Source of the DNA: Vulcanimicrobiota bacterium
Lineage (GTDB): Bacteria > Vulcanimicrobiota > Vulcanimicrobiia > Vulcanimicrobiales > Vulcanimicrobiaceae
Length of the DNA: 64,000 nucleotides
Direction: 5' to 3'
Assembly: GCA_963695225.1 (NCBI GenBank)
Contig: OY968762.1
Span: 1,408,001-1,472,000 of the forward strand
Shown piece after piece: positions 19,490 through 28,124 of this stretch; position 1 is the stretch's first letter; the number at the start of each line of letters is the position of its first letter. The translations under genes were made by a program, and so were the position numbers. Under the pieces are notes generated by a model. It saw only the letters and a list, made by a program, of their open reading frames with translations, was not told the DNA's origin and ran no database searches.

Positions 19490-20902
19490 ATGTCCACAGC
19501 AACCTCCGCCGGCGGCGCGCAGGCGACGCGCGTCGAGACAGACAGCATGGGACCGATCGAGGTTCCGGCCGATAAGTACTACGGCGCCCAATCCGCCCGT
19601 TCGCTGATCCATTTCGCGATCGGCGACGACGTGATGCCGCGCGAAGTCATTCGCGCGATGGGCATCCTCAAGAAGGCGTGCGCGCTCGTCAACCACGATC
19701 TCGGGAAGCTCGATGGAGAGAAGACCGATCTGATCGTCCGCGCCGCCGACGAAGTGATCGCGGGGAAGCTTGCGACGCACTTCCCGCTGACCGTGTGGCA
19801 GACGGGTTCCGGAACCCAGACGAACATGAACGTCAACGAAGTGATTTCGAACCGCGCGATCGAGCTTGCGGGCGGCGTGCTGGGCTCGAAGCAGCCGATC
19901 CACCCGAACGACCACGTGAACATGTCGCAATCCTCGAACGACACGTTCCCGACCGCGATGCACATCGCCGCCGCCGAAGCGATGGTCGGCATGCTCCCAG
20001 CCGTCGAAGCGCTGCGCGACGCGCTCGCCGTGAAAGCTGAACAGTGGTCCGGCATCGTGAAGGTCGGCCGCACGCACCTCCAGGATGCGACGCCGCTCAC
20101 GCTCGGGCAGGAGTTTTCCGGCTACGCCAGTCAGCTCGACCGGTGCGTAACCCGTTGCGTGCAGGCGCTCGACGGGCTCTACGATCTCGCGATCGGCGGG
20201 ACGGCCGTCGGCACGGGGCTCAACGCTCATCCCGAATTCGCGGAGCGCGCCGCAAAGATGATCGCCGAGCTGACCGTACTTCCGTTCCGCTCGCATCCGA
20301 ACAAGTTCGCGGCGCTCGCCTCGCACGACGAGATCGTATTCGCATCGGGGGCGCTCAAGACGCTGGCCGGCGCGCTGATGAAGATCGCGAACGATATCCG
20401 TTGGCTCGGCTCGGGGCCGCGCGCCGGGATCGGCGAGCTCACTCTCCCCGAGAACGAACCCGGCTCGTCGATCATGCCGGGTAAAGTGAACCCGACGCAG
20501 TGCGAGGCGCTGACGATGGTCTGCGTGCAGGTCTTCGGAAACGACCTCGCCGTCAGCTTCGGCGGTTCGCAAGGTAACTTCGAACTCAACGTCTTCAACC
20601 CGGTCATGATCATGAACTTCCTGCACTCTACGACGCTGATCCGCGATGCTTGTACGGCGTTCCGCGAATACTGCGTCGAGGGGCTCGTCGCGAACGAGGC
20701 GATCATCGCCGAAAATCTCAAGAATTCGCTGATGCTCGTGACCGCGCTCGCCCCGCATATCGGATACGACAAGGCGGCCGAAATCGCGAAGACGGCTCAC
20801 AAACGGAATGCGACCTTGCGAGCGACAGCACTCGGCCTCGGCTACGTCACGGGCGAGGAGTACGACCGGTTCGTGGTTCCGGCCGACATGACGCACGCGT
20901 AG
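19490..20902 (+). CDS. fumC: class II fumarate hydratase
   Basis: [37 protein letters not shown]. Confidence 0.97.
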   Translation: MSTATSAGGAQATRVETDSMGPIEVPADKYYGAQSARSLIHFAIGDDVMPREVIRAMGILKKACALVNHDLGKLDGEKTDLIVRAADEVIAGKLATHFPLTVWQTGSGTQTNMNVNEVISNRAIELAGGVLGSKQPIHPNDHVNMSQSSNDTFPTAMHIAAAEAMVGMLPAVEALRDALAVKAEQWSGIVKVGRTHLQDATPLTLGQEFSGYASQLDRCVTRCVQALDGLYDLAIGGTAVGTGLNAHPEFAERAAKMIAELTVLPFRSHPNKFAALASHDEIVFASGALKTLAGALMKIANDIRWLGSGPRAGIGELTLPENEPGSSIMPGKVNPTQCEALTMVCVQVFGNDLAVSFGGSQGNFELNVFNPVMIMNFLHSTTLIRDACTAFREYCVEGLVANEAIIAENLKNSLMLVTALAPHIGYDKAAEIAKTAHKRNATLRATALGLGYVTGEEYDRFVVPADMTHA

Positions 20903-20989
20903 CGCATCCCAGGCTCAGACGGCGCGCCTGGGGACGGTTCCGCTCGCGTTCGCAAGAGGATCGTCGAGCCGTGGCGTAGCCTGCAGGGG

Positions 20990-21952
20990 ATGCTGAGCGC
21001 GATCTCCACCGAGGAATACGTCCGCGAGGTCCTGCCGCACAGCTTCGACCTGTGGGGCGCCGAGCGCTCGTTCGAGACGTACGTTCACGATCTGGAAGCG
21101 GTCGCGCGCTCCCCATTCGCGCGGCGGCGGCCGTTCACCGTCGGCGTGCGCGACGGCGCCGCGATCGCGTGTTCCGCGAAACTGTACGGACGCGAACTAC
21201 GGCACGGGGAACGCACGCTGAAGGCGACGGGGTTCGGCGCGGTCTTCACGCGGCCCGAGTACCGCGGGCGCGGCTATGCATCGGCGATGCTCGGAGCGCT
21301 ACTCGATGCGGAACGCGCCGCCGGCGCGGATCTCGGCTTCCTGTTCGCCGATATCTCTCCGCTCTTCTACGAGCGCCTCGGCTTCGTGCGCCTACCTTCG
21401 CGTGCGATTTCGCTGCGCGCGCGCTCGCTCGACCCGGCGATCGTCCCCTGGACGCCGGTCGGACCGGGCGATTGGGCGGGGATCCGGCGCTGTTTCGAGG
21501 CGCTTGACGCACGCGCCGAGTGCAGTTTCCGGCGCACGCCGCACGTGTGGGAGTTCATGCGCTCGAAATGGTCGCAAACGCTCCCGCACTACACGCAGCG
21601 CGTCGATTTGCTGGCCCGCCGCGGACGGTCGGTCGCGGCTTACGTGCTGTGCCGCCGCGTCGCCGACCGCGACACGCTCGCGGTCGACGACTTCGCGTTC
21701 GCCGACGACGATGCGCGCGAATTCATCGGCCCGCTCTTGCGCGCCGCCGCCGGGGATCTCGCCCGCGTCAAGGCCTGGCTCCCGCCCGCGGTCGCGCGCG
21801 CCGCGTTACCGCGCGGCTCCGTCCGGCCGCGCGAGGACGGTATCTTCATGGGCGCCGGGCTCACCCGCGCCGGTCGCGCCTGGCTGGCCGCAGTCGCCGG
21901 GGACGGCCGGGCGGAGCCGCGCGAAGCCTGCTGGAACGCCGATCACATCTAG
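20990..21952 (+). CDS. GNAT family acetyltransferase (Eis-like)
   Basis: VFTRPEYRGRGYAS, FYERLGF. Confidence 0.85.
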   Translation: MLSAISTEEYVREVLPHSFDLWGAERSFETYVHDLEAVARSPFARRRPFTVGVRDGAAIACSAKLYGRELRHGERTLKATGFGAVFTRPEYRGRGYASAMLGALLDAERAAGADLGFLFADISPLFYERLGFVRLPSRAISLRARSLDPAIVPWTPVGPGDWAGIRRCFEALDARAECSFRRTPHVWEFMRSKWSQTLPHYTQRVDLLARRGRSVAAYVLCRRVADRDTLAVDDFAFADDDAREFIGPLLRAAAGDLARVKAWLPPAVARAALPRGSVRPREDGIFMGAGLTRAGRAWLAAVAGDGRAEPREACWNADHI

Positions 21953-21989
21953 ACGATCCGTGCCGGGCAGCACGCGATCGCGCTTGACT

Positions 21990-22896
21990 TCGTCGCCCCG
22001 CTCGACGGCGCCGACATCCTTCGGCAGACGGTCGAAATGCATCGCCGCATCGGGATCGACGAGCGGCTGCTGACGCCCTCCGAACTGGCGGACCTCGAGC
22101 CCGCACTCAACGTCGAGGACGTCGCGTTGGGGGCTCACGAGCAGGACGGCGGCTACGCGGATCCGGCGCTGACGGCGAATTCGTACGCCGCAGCCGCCGA
22201 GCGCGCGGGCGTCACGATCCTGCGCAACACCGAAGTGACGGGCTTGCGCATCGAGGCGGGGCGGATCCGCGGCGTCGAGACGACCGCCGGATCGTTCGCC
22301 ACCGGGACGGCCGTCAATGCGGCCGGGCCGTGGGGAGCGCGGATCGCCGCGTTCGCCGGGGTCGAGATCCCGATCTCTCCCAGCCGCCATCCGGTCCTGG
22401 TCCTGGAACGCCCCCCGGCTTGGAGAAGCCCGACGCCCGTCTTCGGGGACCTCGTGAACGGCTGGTACTTCAAGCCCGAGGGGCGGCACGGTCTCATGGT
22501 CGGGTGCCTCTCGGAGATCGAGCGCGACCGCGAGGTCGATATCGAAGGTACGCCGCGAAGGTGCAGCCGGAAGAGACCCTCCGCTATACGGAGGCCGTCC
22601 TGCACCGTTTCCCGGCGATGGCGGACGGGACCGCAACGGGGAGCTGGGCCGGCCTCTACGATGTGACGCCCGACGGCCTGCCCGTGATCGGCGAGATTCC
22701 GGGAATCGAGGGATTCTACTGCGCCGTCGGCTTGCGCGGGCACGGTTTCAAGACGGCGCCGGCCGTCGGCACGATCCTCGCCGAACTCGTGACGCAAGGC
22801 GCCTCCCGGACCTACGATATCTCCCTCTTCCGGCACGGGCGCTTCTCCGAGCGCGCCCTCACGCACTCGCGGTACGCGTACCACATCATCGGATAG
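21990..22896 (+). pseudogene. FAD-dependent oxidoreductase (DadA/sarcosine oxidase beta-like), N-truncated and frameshifted
   Basis: DGGYADP and NAAGPW in one frame; WAGLYDVTPDGLP and GHGFKTAPAVG in another; shift near 22548; no GxGxxG N-terminus. Confidence 0.8.
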
Positions 22897-22990
22897 CGGA
22901 TGGGTACCGGCCCTGAGACGCCTTCCGCATCCGCGGAATTGGACGGACGCCGCAATAAATTAGAGCCGCGCTTGCTATTTCGAGCGGAAT

Positions 22991-23006
22991 ATCCGCTCCA
23001 ACGGAT
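22991..23006. promoter_or_regulatory. palindromic operator-like box upstream of the Met-rich gene
   Basis: ATCCG-CTCCAA-CGGAT, resembling boxes at 24384-24419. Confidence 0.45.
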
Positions 23007-23157
23007 TCAACTTGCACCGCGAGCCGCATCCCGCGTTGCGGCGCGTGCGTGGGCCCCGTACGATTGAAGCATCAGATCGGTCGTCGATAGCGCGGCCGAG
23101 TGCGCCGGGTTGCGCAGTTGGCCGCAAGCAAGCGAGCCGGAAAAGGACGAACGAACC

Positions 23158-23514
23158 ATGATGCCTGCAATGCAGATGCCGATGAACTCGATGGGCATGC
23201 CGATGAACGGCATGATGAACCCGATGATGATGCCGATGGGCGGCATGATGAACCCGATGATGATGAACCCGATGATGATGAACCCGATGATGATGAACGG
23301 CATGATGATGCCGATGCCCGTTATGATGTGCCAGATGACCTGCGAGATGACGTCCGCCGGAATGGTCTGCACCATGAAGCCGATGGACGGCATGTCGATG
23401 GACATGATGAAGGAATGCTGCGACCGCATGTGCGCCATCATGGACATGGGAATGCCCGCGATGATGATGGGTCACGGGATGCCCATGATGATGTGCATGC
23501 CCGCGAAGAAGTAA
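23158..23514 (+). CDS. extremely Met/Cys-rich small protein
   Basis: 118 aa with 52 Met and 7 Cys (hand count); SD-like AAGGA upstream; non-Met codons are GC3-rich. Confidence 0.8.
   Translation: MMPAMQMPMNSMGMPMNGMMNPMMMPMGGMMNPMMMNPMMMNPMMMNGMMMPMPVMMCQMTCEMTSAGMVCTMKPMDGMSMDMMKECCDRMCAIMDMGMPAMMMGHGMPMMMCMPAKK
23251..23295 (+). repeat. 3 tandem copies of AACCCGATGATGATG (NPMMM)
   Basis: exact 15-nt tandem repeat. Confidence 0.95.
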
Positions 23515-23542
23515 GCCGTTCGAGGATATCGAGCGGCTATTC

Positions 23543-24172
23543 TTATCCGATCGGGTCCACGTACGTCATCACGAGATACATGACGGCTTCGATCTGGCCG
23601 ACGTTCCGGTAGTGGTGCGCGACGTCGGCCTCGAATAGTATCGCATCCCCCGTTTCTAGGACGTGGTTCGCCTCTCCGACGCCTATCTCCACGGTCCCCT
23701 TGCTGACGGCTAAGTTCTCGAGGGTCCCCGGAGCGTGGGCGTCGGCTTTTTCTATCCCTTTCGGGACGAGGCGCAGCTCGTAGAACTCGGCCTTCCGCTG
23801 GCTATCGAACGGGAACAGCGCGCGCGAAGTGAACTCGCGCGAATGCGAGACGAGCAGTTTCGAATCGGCGGACTTGAGGACGATCGAACCGTGGCTTTGC
23901 GGCGCGCCCGTCAACGAGGCGAACGGGACGTCGAGCGCCTTCGCGACTTTCCAAAGCAGGTTGATCGTCGGCACGCTGCGTCCGAGTTCGATCTGGCCGA
24001 GCATGGCGCGGCTGACCCCGGAGAGATGCGCGAGGCGTTCGAGGGAATAGCCCCGCCGGGTCCGCAGGTGCCGGAGGTTCTGACCGACGACGGTGGCGAG
24101 ATCGTCTTCCTCGGCCACCCCTATCGGCGGCTCCCCGTCGCCTCGCACTACGTGTACCGGCGCCCTCAACAA
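23543..24172 (-). CDS. XRE-family HTH + cupin transcriptional regulator (SutR/PuuR-like)
   Basis: VGQNLRHLR..SLERLA..SGVSRAMLGQIE...SVPTI..LWKVAKAL; cupin HAPGTLE, GDAILFEADVAHHY. Confidence 0.92.
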   Translation of the reverse strand: MLRAPVHVVRGDGEPPIGVAEEDDLATVVGQNLRHLRTRRGYSLERLAHLSGVSRAMLGQIELGRSVPTINLLWKVAKALDVPFASLTGAPQSHGSIVLKSADSKLLVSHSREFTSRALFPFDSQRKAEFYELRLVPKGIEKADAHAPGTLENLAVSKGTVEIGVGEANHVLETGDAILFEADVAHHYRNVGQIEAVMYLVMTYVDPIG

Positions 24173-24351
24173 GGGCTCGGGCTAACGGGAAGGCCCATCG
24201 CGTAGCCGTACGGCACCGGCATCCAGACGAAACACCACATCATCGGCGCGACCGCGGTCTGCGGTTTGCGGGCTGCAAGCTCGGCTTGCTCCTGGCGGCG
24301 ACGGCGATACTCGTCAAGATCGTGGACCACGGCCAACGCGGCAGATGCCAT
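24166..24351 (-). CDS. small peptide translationally coupled to the XRE regulator
   Basis: GGAG SD, 61 aa, VHDLDEYRRRR then PMMWCFVWMPVP; stop overlaps the XRE TTG. Confidence 0.6.
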   Translation of the reverse strand: MASAALAVVHDLDEYRRRRQEQAELAARKPQTAVAPMMWCFVWMPVPYGYAMGLPVSPSPC

Positions 24352-24380
24352 TCCACACTCCAAAGCGGGCGTTTCGACGT

Positions 24381-24419
24381 ATTATCCACTAGAATGGACA
24401 AACCGTCAATATAACGGAC
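24381..24419 (-). promoter_or_regulatory. sigma70-like promoter overlapped by two palindromic boxes
   Basis: TTGACG-N17-GATAAT on minus strand; boxes ATCCACTAGAATGGAC (24384-24399) and CGTCAATATAACGGAC (24404-24419). Confidence 0.6.
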
Positions 24420-24448
24420 GCCACGCTTTCTTCTCCCGGCGTGCGGGG

Positions 24449-25570
24449 TTATAGTGCGCCCAGTATCGTAGCCCCCCAAGGATACCGCTCTACCTTGGCG
24501 ACGAACTCGCGCGTCCGTTCGAGCAGCCGCTCGCGGGCGATCAGGAGGTTCCCGCCGATCAGGAGCATCGTTTCCGGCCCATAGAAGCCGAGGAGTTCCT
24601 CGACGCGCTCCAGCAGCATCCCGCCCGCCGGGACGGGGAGGATCGGGCGCAGCCGGCCCCAGGCCGCCCGCGCCGTGCCGGCGAGCGTCGCGCACTCTTC
24701 CTGCGGGAAGGCGAACCGGCCGCCGTAGTTCGTGAAGATCGCGGCGTCCGCGCCGAAGAGCCGGAAGAGCTTCCCGAAGAGCAGCGGCGAGGCAATCCGG
24801 GCTGTCCCGCCGGCCGAGGGGTGCGCGAGGTAGACGAACTCCGGGAAATCCTCGACGAGCTCGTGGAAGGCGGGAAGGCCGACGATCATCGGCGCGACCA
24901 GGACGACCCGCACGCCTTCTTCGCGCGCGATCCGCGCGCGTTCGTGCAACGTGCGGGGACTGCCGATCAGGTTCGGCGCGTAGAACGAGGCCTTTCCGGT
25001 CGCCTTGACGGCCTCGTTCACCGCCGCCTGGCAGGCGCGCACGCGCTCGGCGTAGGGCGAGTAGGCTTGATCGGCGATGCCGTGATCGTCCTTGACGATG
25101 TCGATGCCGGCGAGCGCGAACGTACGCGCCAGGCGCGCGAGTTCGGCGACCTGCAGGCCTTGAGGCTTCGTGGCGGCGCTCGTCAGCGCGCGGTCGTGCA
25201 CTCCGAGGAGCGCCCTGATTCCGGCGATGCCGTGCCGCGGGCCGGGGAATCGTTCGAGCAGGTCCGGGGGAAGATCGAGGCCGACGAACTGCACGTTCTC
25301 CCACAGCGAGCAGTTGCCGAAGATCATGTTCATCAGTTGCGCCGGCTCGCCGCCGGTCGTCTCGACCGCGAGGTTCACGTCGACGCGGAAGCGGCGCTCC
25401 GCGACCGGAACGATCTCGGCGACGCGCCCCACGATCTCGTTGCGGATGCGTTCGTCCCCGATCGCCGCGATCGGGCATTCGACGCTCTGCTCGAGCGCGA
25501 GCGCCGCGGCGCGCGCCTCGATCTGGGCGGGGTCCGAATCGATCAGGTAGGTCGCAGTCAGCCAGGCCAT
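24449..25570 (-). CDS. RuBisCO-like protein (form IV, KDDH type)
   Basis: EQSVE, FPGPRHGIAGIR, KPQGL, GIDIVKDDHG, FRLFGAD, PVPAGG. Confidence 0.9.
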   Translation of the reverse strand: MAWLTATYLIDSDPAQIEARAAALALEQSVECPIAAIGDERIRNEIVGRVAEIVPVAERRFRVDVNLAVETTGGEPAQLMNMIFGNCSLWENVQFVGLDLPPDLLERFPGPRHGIAGIRALLGVHDRALTSAATKPQGLQVAELARLARTFALAGIDIVKDDHGIADQAYSPYAERVRACQAAVNEAVKATGKASFYAPNLIGSPRTLHERARIAREEGVRVVLVAPMIVGLPAFHELVEDFPEFVYLAHPSAGGTARIASPLLFGKLFRLFGADAAIFTNYGGRFAFPQEECATLAGTARAAWGRLRPILPVPAGGMLLERVEELLGFYGPETMLLIGGNLLIARERLLERTREFVAKVERYPWGATILGAL

Positions 25571-25661
25571 GCCCGGAGGCTTCCAGGCGCGGCGGCGAGG
25601 TCCCACCTACGCCCCGCGTGCGCCGCGAGGTCCGGCGCCCCGCTCAGCGAAACGCTCGCGC

Positions 25662-26279
25662 ATGGCGCTCAAAGATCGTGAAGTGTTATGGCATCGCGCG
25701 CTCGAGCTCGAGCTCGCGCGCGCCGAGGATTTCGCAGCGGGACGCCGCGCGCCCGCGGACGCGGCGAGCGAGCATCTGCGAGTCATCGACGACACGGCGC
25801 TGCGCACGCGCCTGATCGCGGCGCGCATCGCCGAGGGCCTGCAATCGCCGAAGGGCCCGCAGAAGATCAAATCGATCGTGCGGCTCTATCCGGCGTTCGA
25901 TGCGCCGGTGCGCAACGGCGCAACCGCTGCGCGCCCGGCGAAAGCGCCGCGCGCGCCGGCCGCTCCGCGCGCCGCCGCCGCGCGCACCGAGCGCCCGACC
26001 GTCGAGGAGATGCGCGCGCTGCTCGAGCGGCTGCAGCGCCTCGAAACGGAGATCGCGCACGAATTGCAGGCGGGCTTCGACGAGCAGCTTCGCGCGCTCC
26101 AGGCGGAACTCGCGAACGCGAGCGGCGACGATCTCGACCGCTTGCACGCCGAGCTCGGGCGCAAGCTCGAAACGCGCCGCACGCTCCGCGCGAACGCGCG
26201 CGCCGAAGCGTTCGCGCGGATCGAACGCGAACTCGACGCGCGCGGCCGGGCGCACGTGCGTATGCTCTCGACTCGCTAG
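25662..26279 (+). CDS. hypothetical protein with coiled-coil C-terminus
   Basis: E/L/R-rich helical ORF filling the gap; start approximate. Confidence 0.6.
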   Translation: MALKDREVLWHRALELELARAEDFAAGRRAPADAASEHLRVIDDTALRTRLIAARIAEGLQSPKGPQKIKSIVRLYPAFDAPVRNGATAARPAKAPRAPAAPRAAAARTERPTVEEMRALLERLQRLETEIAHELQAGFDEQLRALQAELANASGDDLDRLHAELGRKLETRRTLRANARAEAFARIERELDARGRAHVRMLSTR

Positions 26280-26297
26280 CGAGCGCGCGAGCGCGCG

Positions 26298-28091
26298 CTA
26301 GGGCAGGTGCGGATCCGCGAGCGCCGTCGCCATCGCGCGGTAGACGTTGAGGCGGCCGCAGCCTTCGTGCGGATCCCCGATATCGTCGGCCTTAGAGCAG
26401 AGCAGCGCCTTCATCGCATCCGGCGACTGATACGCCGGGTTCACGGAGAGGATCAACGCCGCCGCGCCCGCGACGTGCGGGGCGGACATCGACGTGCCCG
26501 CGATGAGCGTGCGGCAATCCGCCGTCGAACCGGCGGCGGCTCCGAAATCGGGCGTGCACGAGCCAACGAAGTTCAGGTCGCTCGGCGAGGACTGGTACGG
26601 CGTCGAGGTCCACACGTTCTCGATCCAGTGCAGGTCGTCGGTGCCGCTTGCAGCGCTCACGTCGCTCGCCGACGGATCGCCGCCCGGGGCCACGATGCCC
26701 CACGCCGACGCGATCTGGTAGGCCTTGGCGGGCGAGCCGTAGTTGGAATACGACGCAACGTATTCGACGGGGCTCGCCGCCGCACCGACGGAAGCCCCGG
26801 AGCCGTTTGCGACGCCGTCGCCGAGCGAGGTCGCGCCGACCGCGATCACCTTGCTCACGCAAGCCGGGGCTTCGACGGGTTGCGGGGTTTGCGCGCTGCC
26901 GTTGCCGGACGACGCCACGACGATCACGTTCGCAGCGATCGCTTCGGCGATCGCGTTGCCCTCAGTGTGATCGGAATCGACGCCGTTGCTGTCGCAGGTT
27001 CCGCCGCCCAGGCTGAGATTGATCACGTTGACGTGCTGGGCAATCGCGTCTGTAATCGCCGACGCGATGTCGGCCGTCGCGGCGCTGCACTGCGCATCGC
27101 TCGCCGTGCTGCTCGCGCAATTGTCATCCGGCGTCGGGAAGATGCGATACGCATAGATCGCGGTGTTCCCCCCGGCGCCCACGAAGCCGAGGCCGTTCCC
27201 GAGCGCGGCCGACGCGATGCCCGCGACGTCGGTCCCGTGGCCCGTCGGATCGGTCGAGTAGTTCGACGTCGATTGCGTCACGCCGTCGGTAGAGGTGATG
27301 AAGCACTTCTGATACGCGATCTTCGCATGCAGGTCGGGGTGGGTGCTGTCCACGCCGGTATCGATGACGGCGATCTTCACCGAAGGCGAGCCCAGCGCCG
27401 CGGCGTTCGTGATCCCGCTCCCGTTGCCGCTCTGGCTATAGGCGAACGCGGATTCGAGCCCGATCGCGTGCATGTCCCACTGACCGGGGACGCTCGCGCT
27501 CTCGGAGTAGGGCAAGACGTGATAGGACGCCGGCACCGCCCCTTGCTGGGCCGTGAACCCGTTGAAATAGGGATCGTTCGGATAGTAGGGCGTCGCGATC
27601 GTGGAGGGATAGCGGCGCCCCCCGGCCGTGCCGACGCTGCGCACTCCGGCTTGCGAGCGCAGCGCGGTCTGCACGCCCGCGGCCTGCGCGGGCTCGACGG
27701 AAAGGATTCGCGTCACGACGCCCGTGTGCGGGAAATCGAACTGCTGCACGACGCGCGCCCCGAGGCTCTGTTCGCGCGAGGAGATGGCCGCCGTCGAGCG
27801 CTGCGCGGTCGCGCGGTCGTAGGTCACCGCGATCAAGCCCGCCGTCGCCTCCGCGCTCCGGGCGCGAGCGACGCTTCGCCGCACCGTCTCCGTCCCCACG
27901 CTCCCGCCGCGCGCGGCCGAAAACGTGCTCGCGCTCGTCGGGCACACGTACGCCGCCGCCGGCGGCGTGGGAACCGCGGTCGGCGTCGCCGTGGGGGTCG
28001 CGGTCGGGGCCGCCTTCGGGCCGACGCCGCCTCCGTTGCACCCGGAGATCGCGAACGAAAAAAGGGCTAGGTACGTCAGTCGCAAGCGCAC
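26298..28091 (-). CDS. S8 subtilisin-like serine peptidase, lipoprotein
   Basis: lipobox ISGC; VIDTGVD, HGTDVAG, GTSMSAPHVAG triad. Confidence 0.92.
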   Translation of the reverse strand: MRLRLTYLALFSFAISGCNGGGVGPKAAPTATPTATPTAVPTPPAAAYVCPTSASTFSAARGGSVGTETVRRSVARARSAEATAGLIAVTYDRATAQRSTAAISSREQSLGARVVQQFDFPHTGVVTRILSVEPAQAAGVQTALRSQAGVRSVGTAGGRRYPSTIATPYYPNDPYFNGFTAQQGAVPASYHVLPYSESASVPGQWDMHAIGLESAFAYSQSGNGSGITNAAALGSPSVKIAVIDTGVDSTHPDLHAKIAYQKCFITSTDGVTQSTSNYSTDPTGHGTDVAGIASAALGNGLGFVGAGGNTAIYAYRIFPTPDDNCASSTASDAQCSAATADIASAITDAIAQHVNVINLSLGGGTCDSNGVDSDHTEGNAIAEAIAANVIVVASSGNGSAQTPQPVEAPACVSKVIAVGATSLGDGVANGSGASVGAAASPVEYVASYSNYGSPAKAYQIASAWGIVAPGGDPSASDVSAASGTDDLHWIENVWTSTPYQSSPSDLNFVGSCTPDFGAAAGSTADCRTLIAGTSMSAPHVAGAAALILSVNPAYQSPDAMKALLCSKADDIGDPHEGCGRLNVYRAMATALADPHLP

Positions 28092-28124
28092 CAGCGTAGT
28101 CTACCACCGATTGCTCCGAAACGG

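Noticed and set aside
22975..23475. His-rich 166-aa ORF (and Ile-rich and Asp-rich frames) over the Met-rich gene
   Set aside because: These are shadows of the ATG repeats (CAT/ATC/GAT). The Met frame has an SD-like sequence, a clean stop and patterned Cys. Not experimentally excluded.
24449..25570. CO2-fixing RuBisCO
   Set aside because: It is short, has KDDH rather than KDDE, and has no cbbS/prk neighbours, so it is a form IV RLP.
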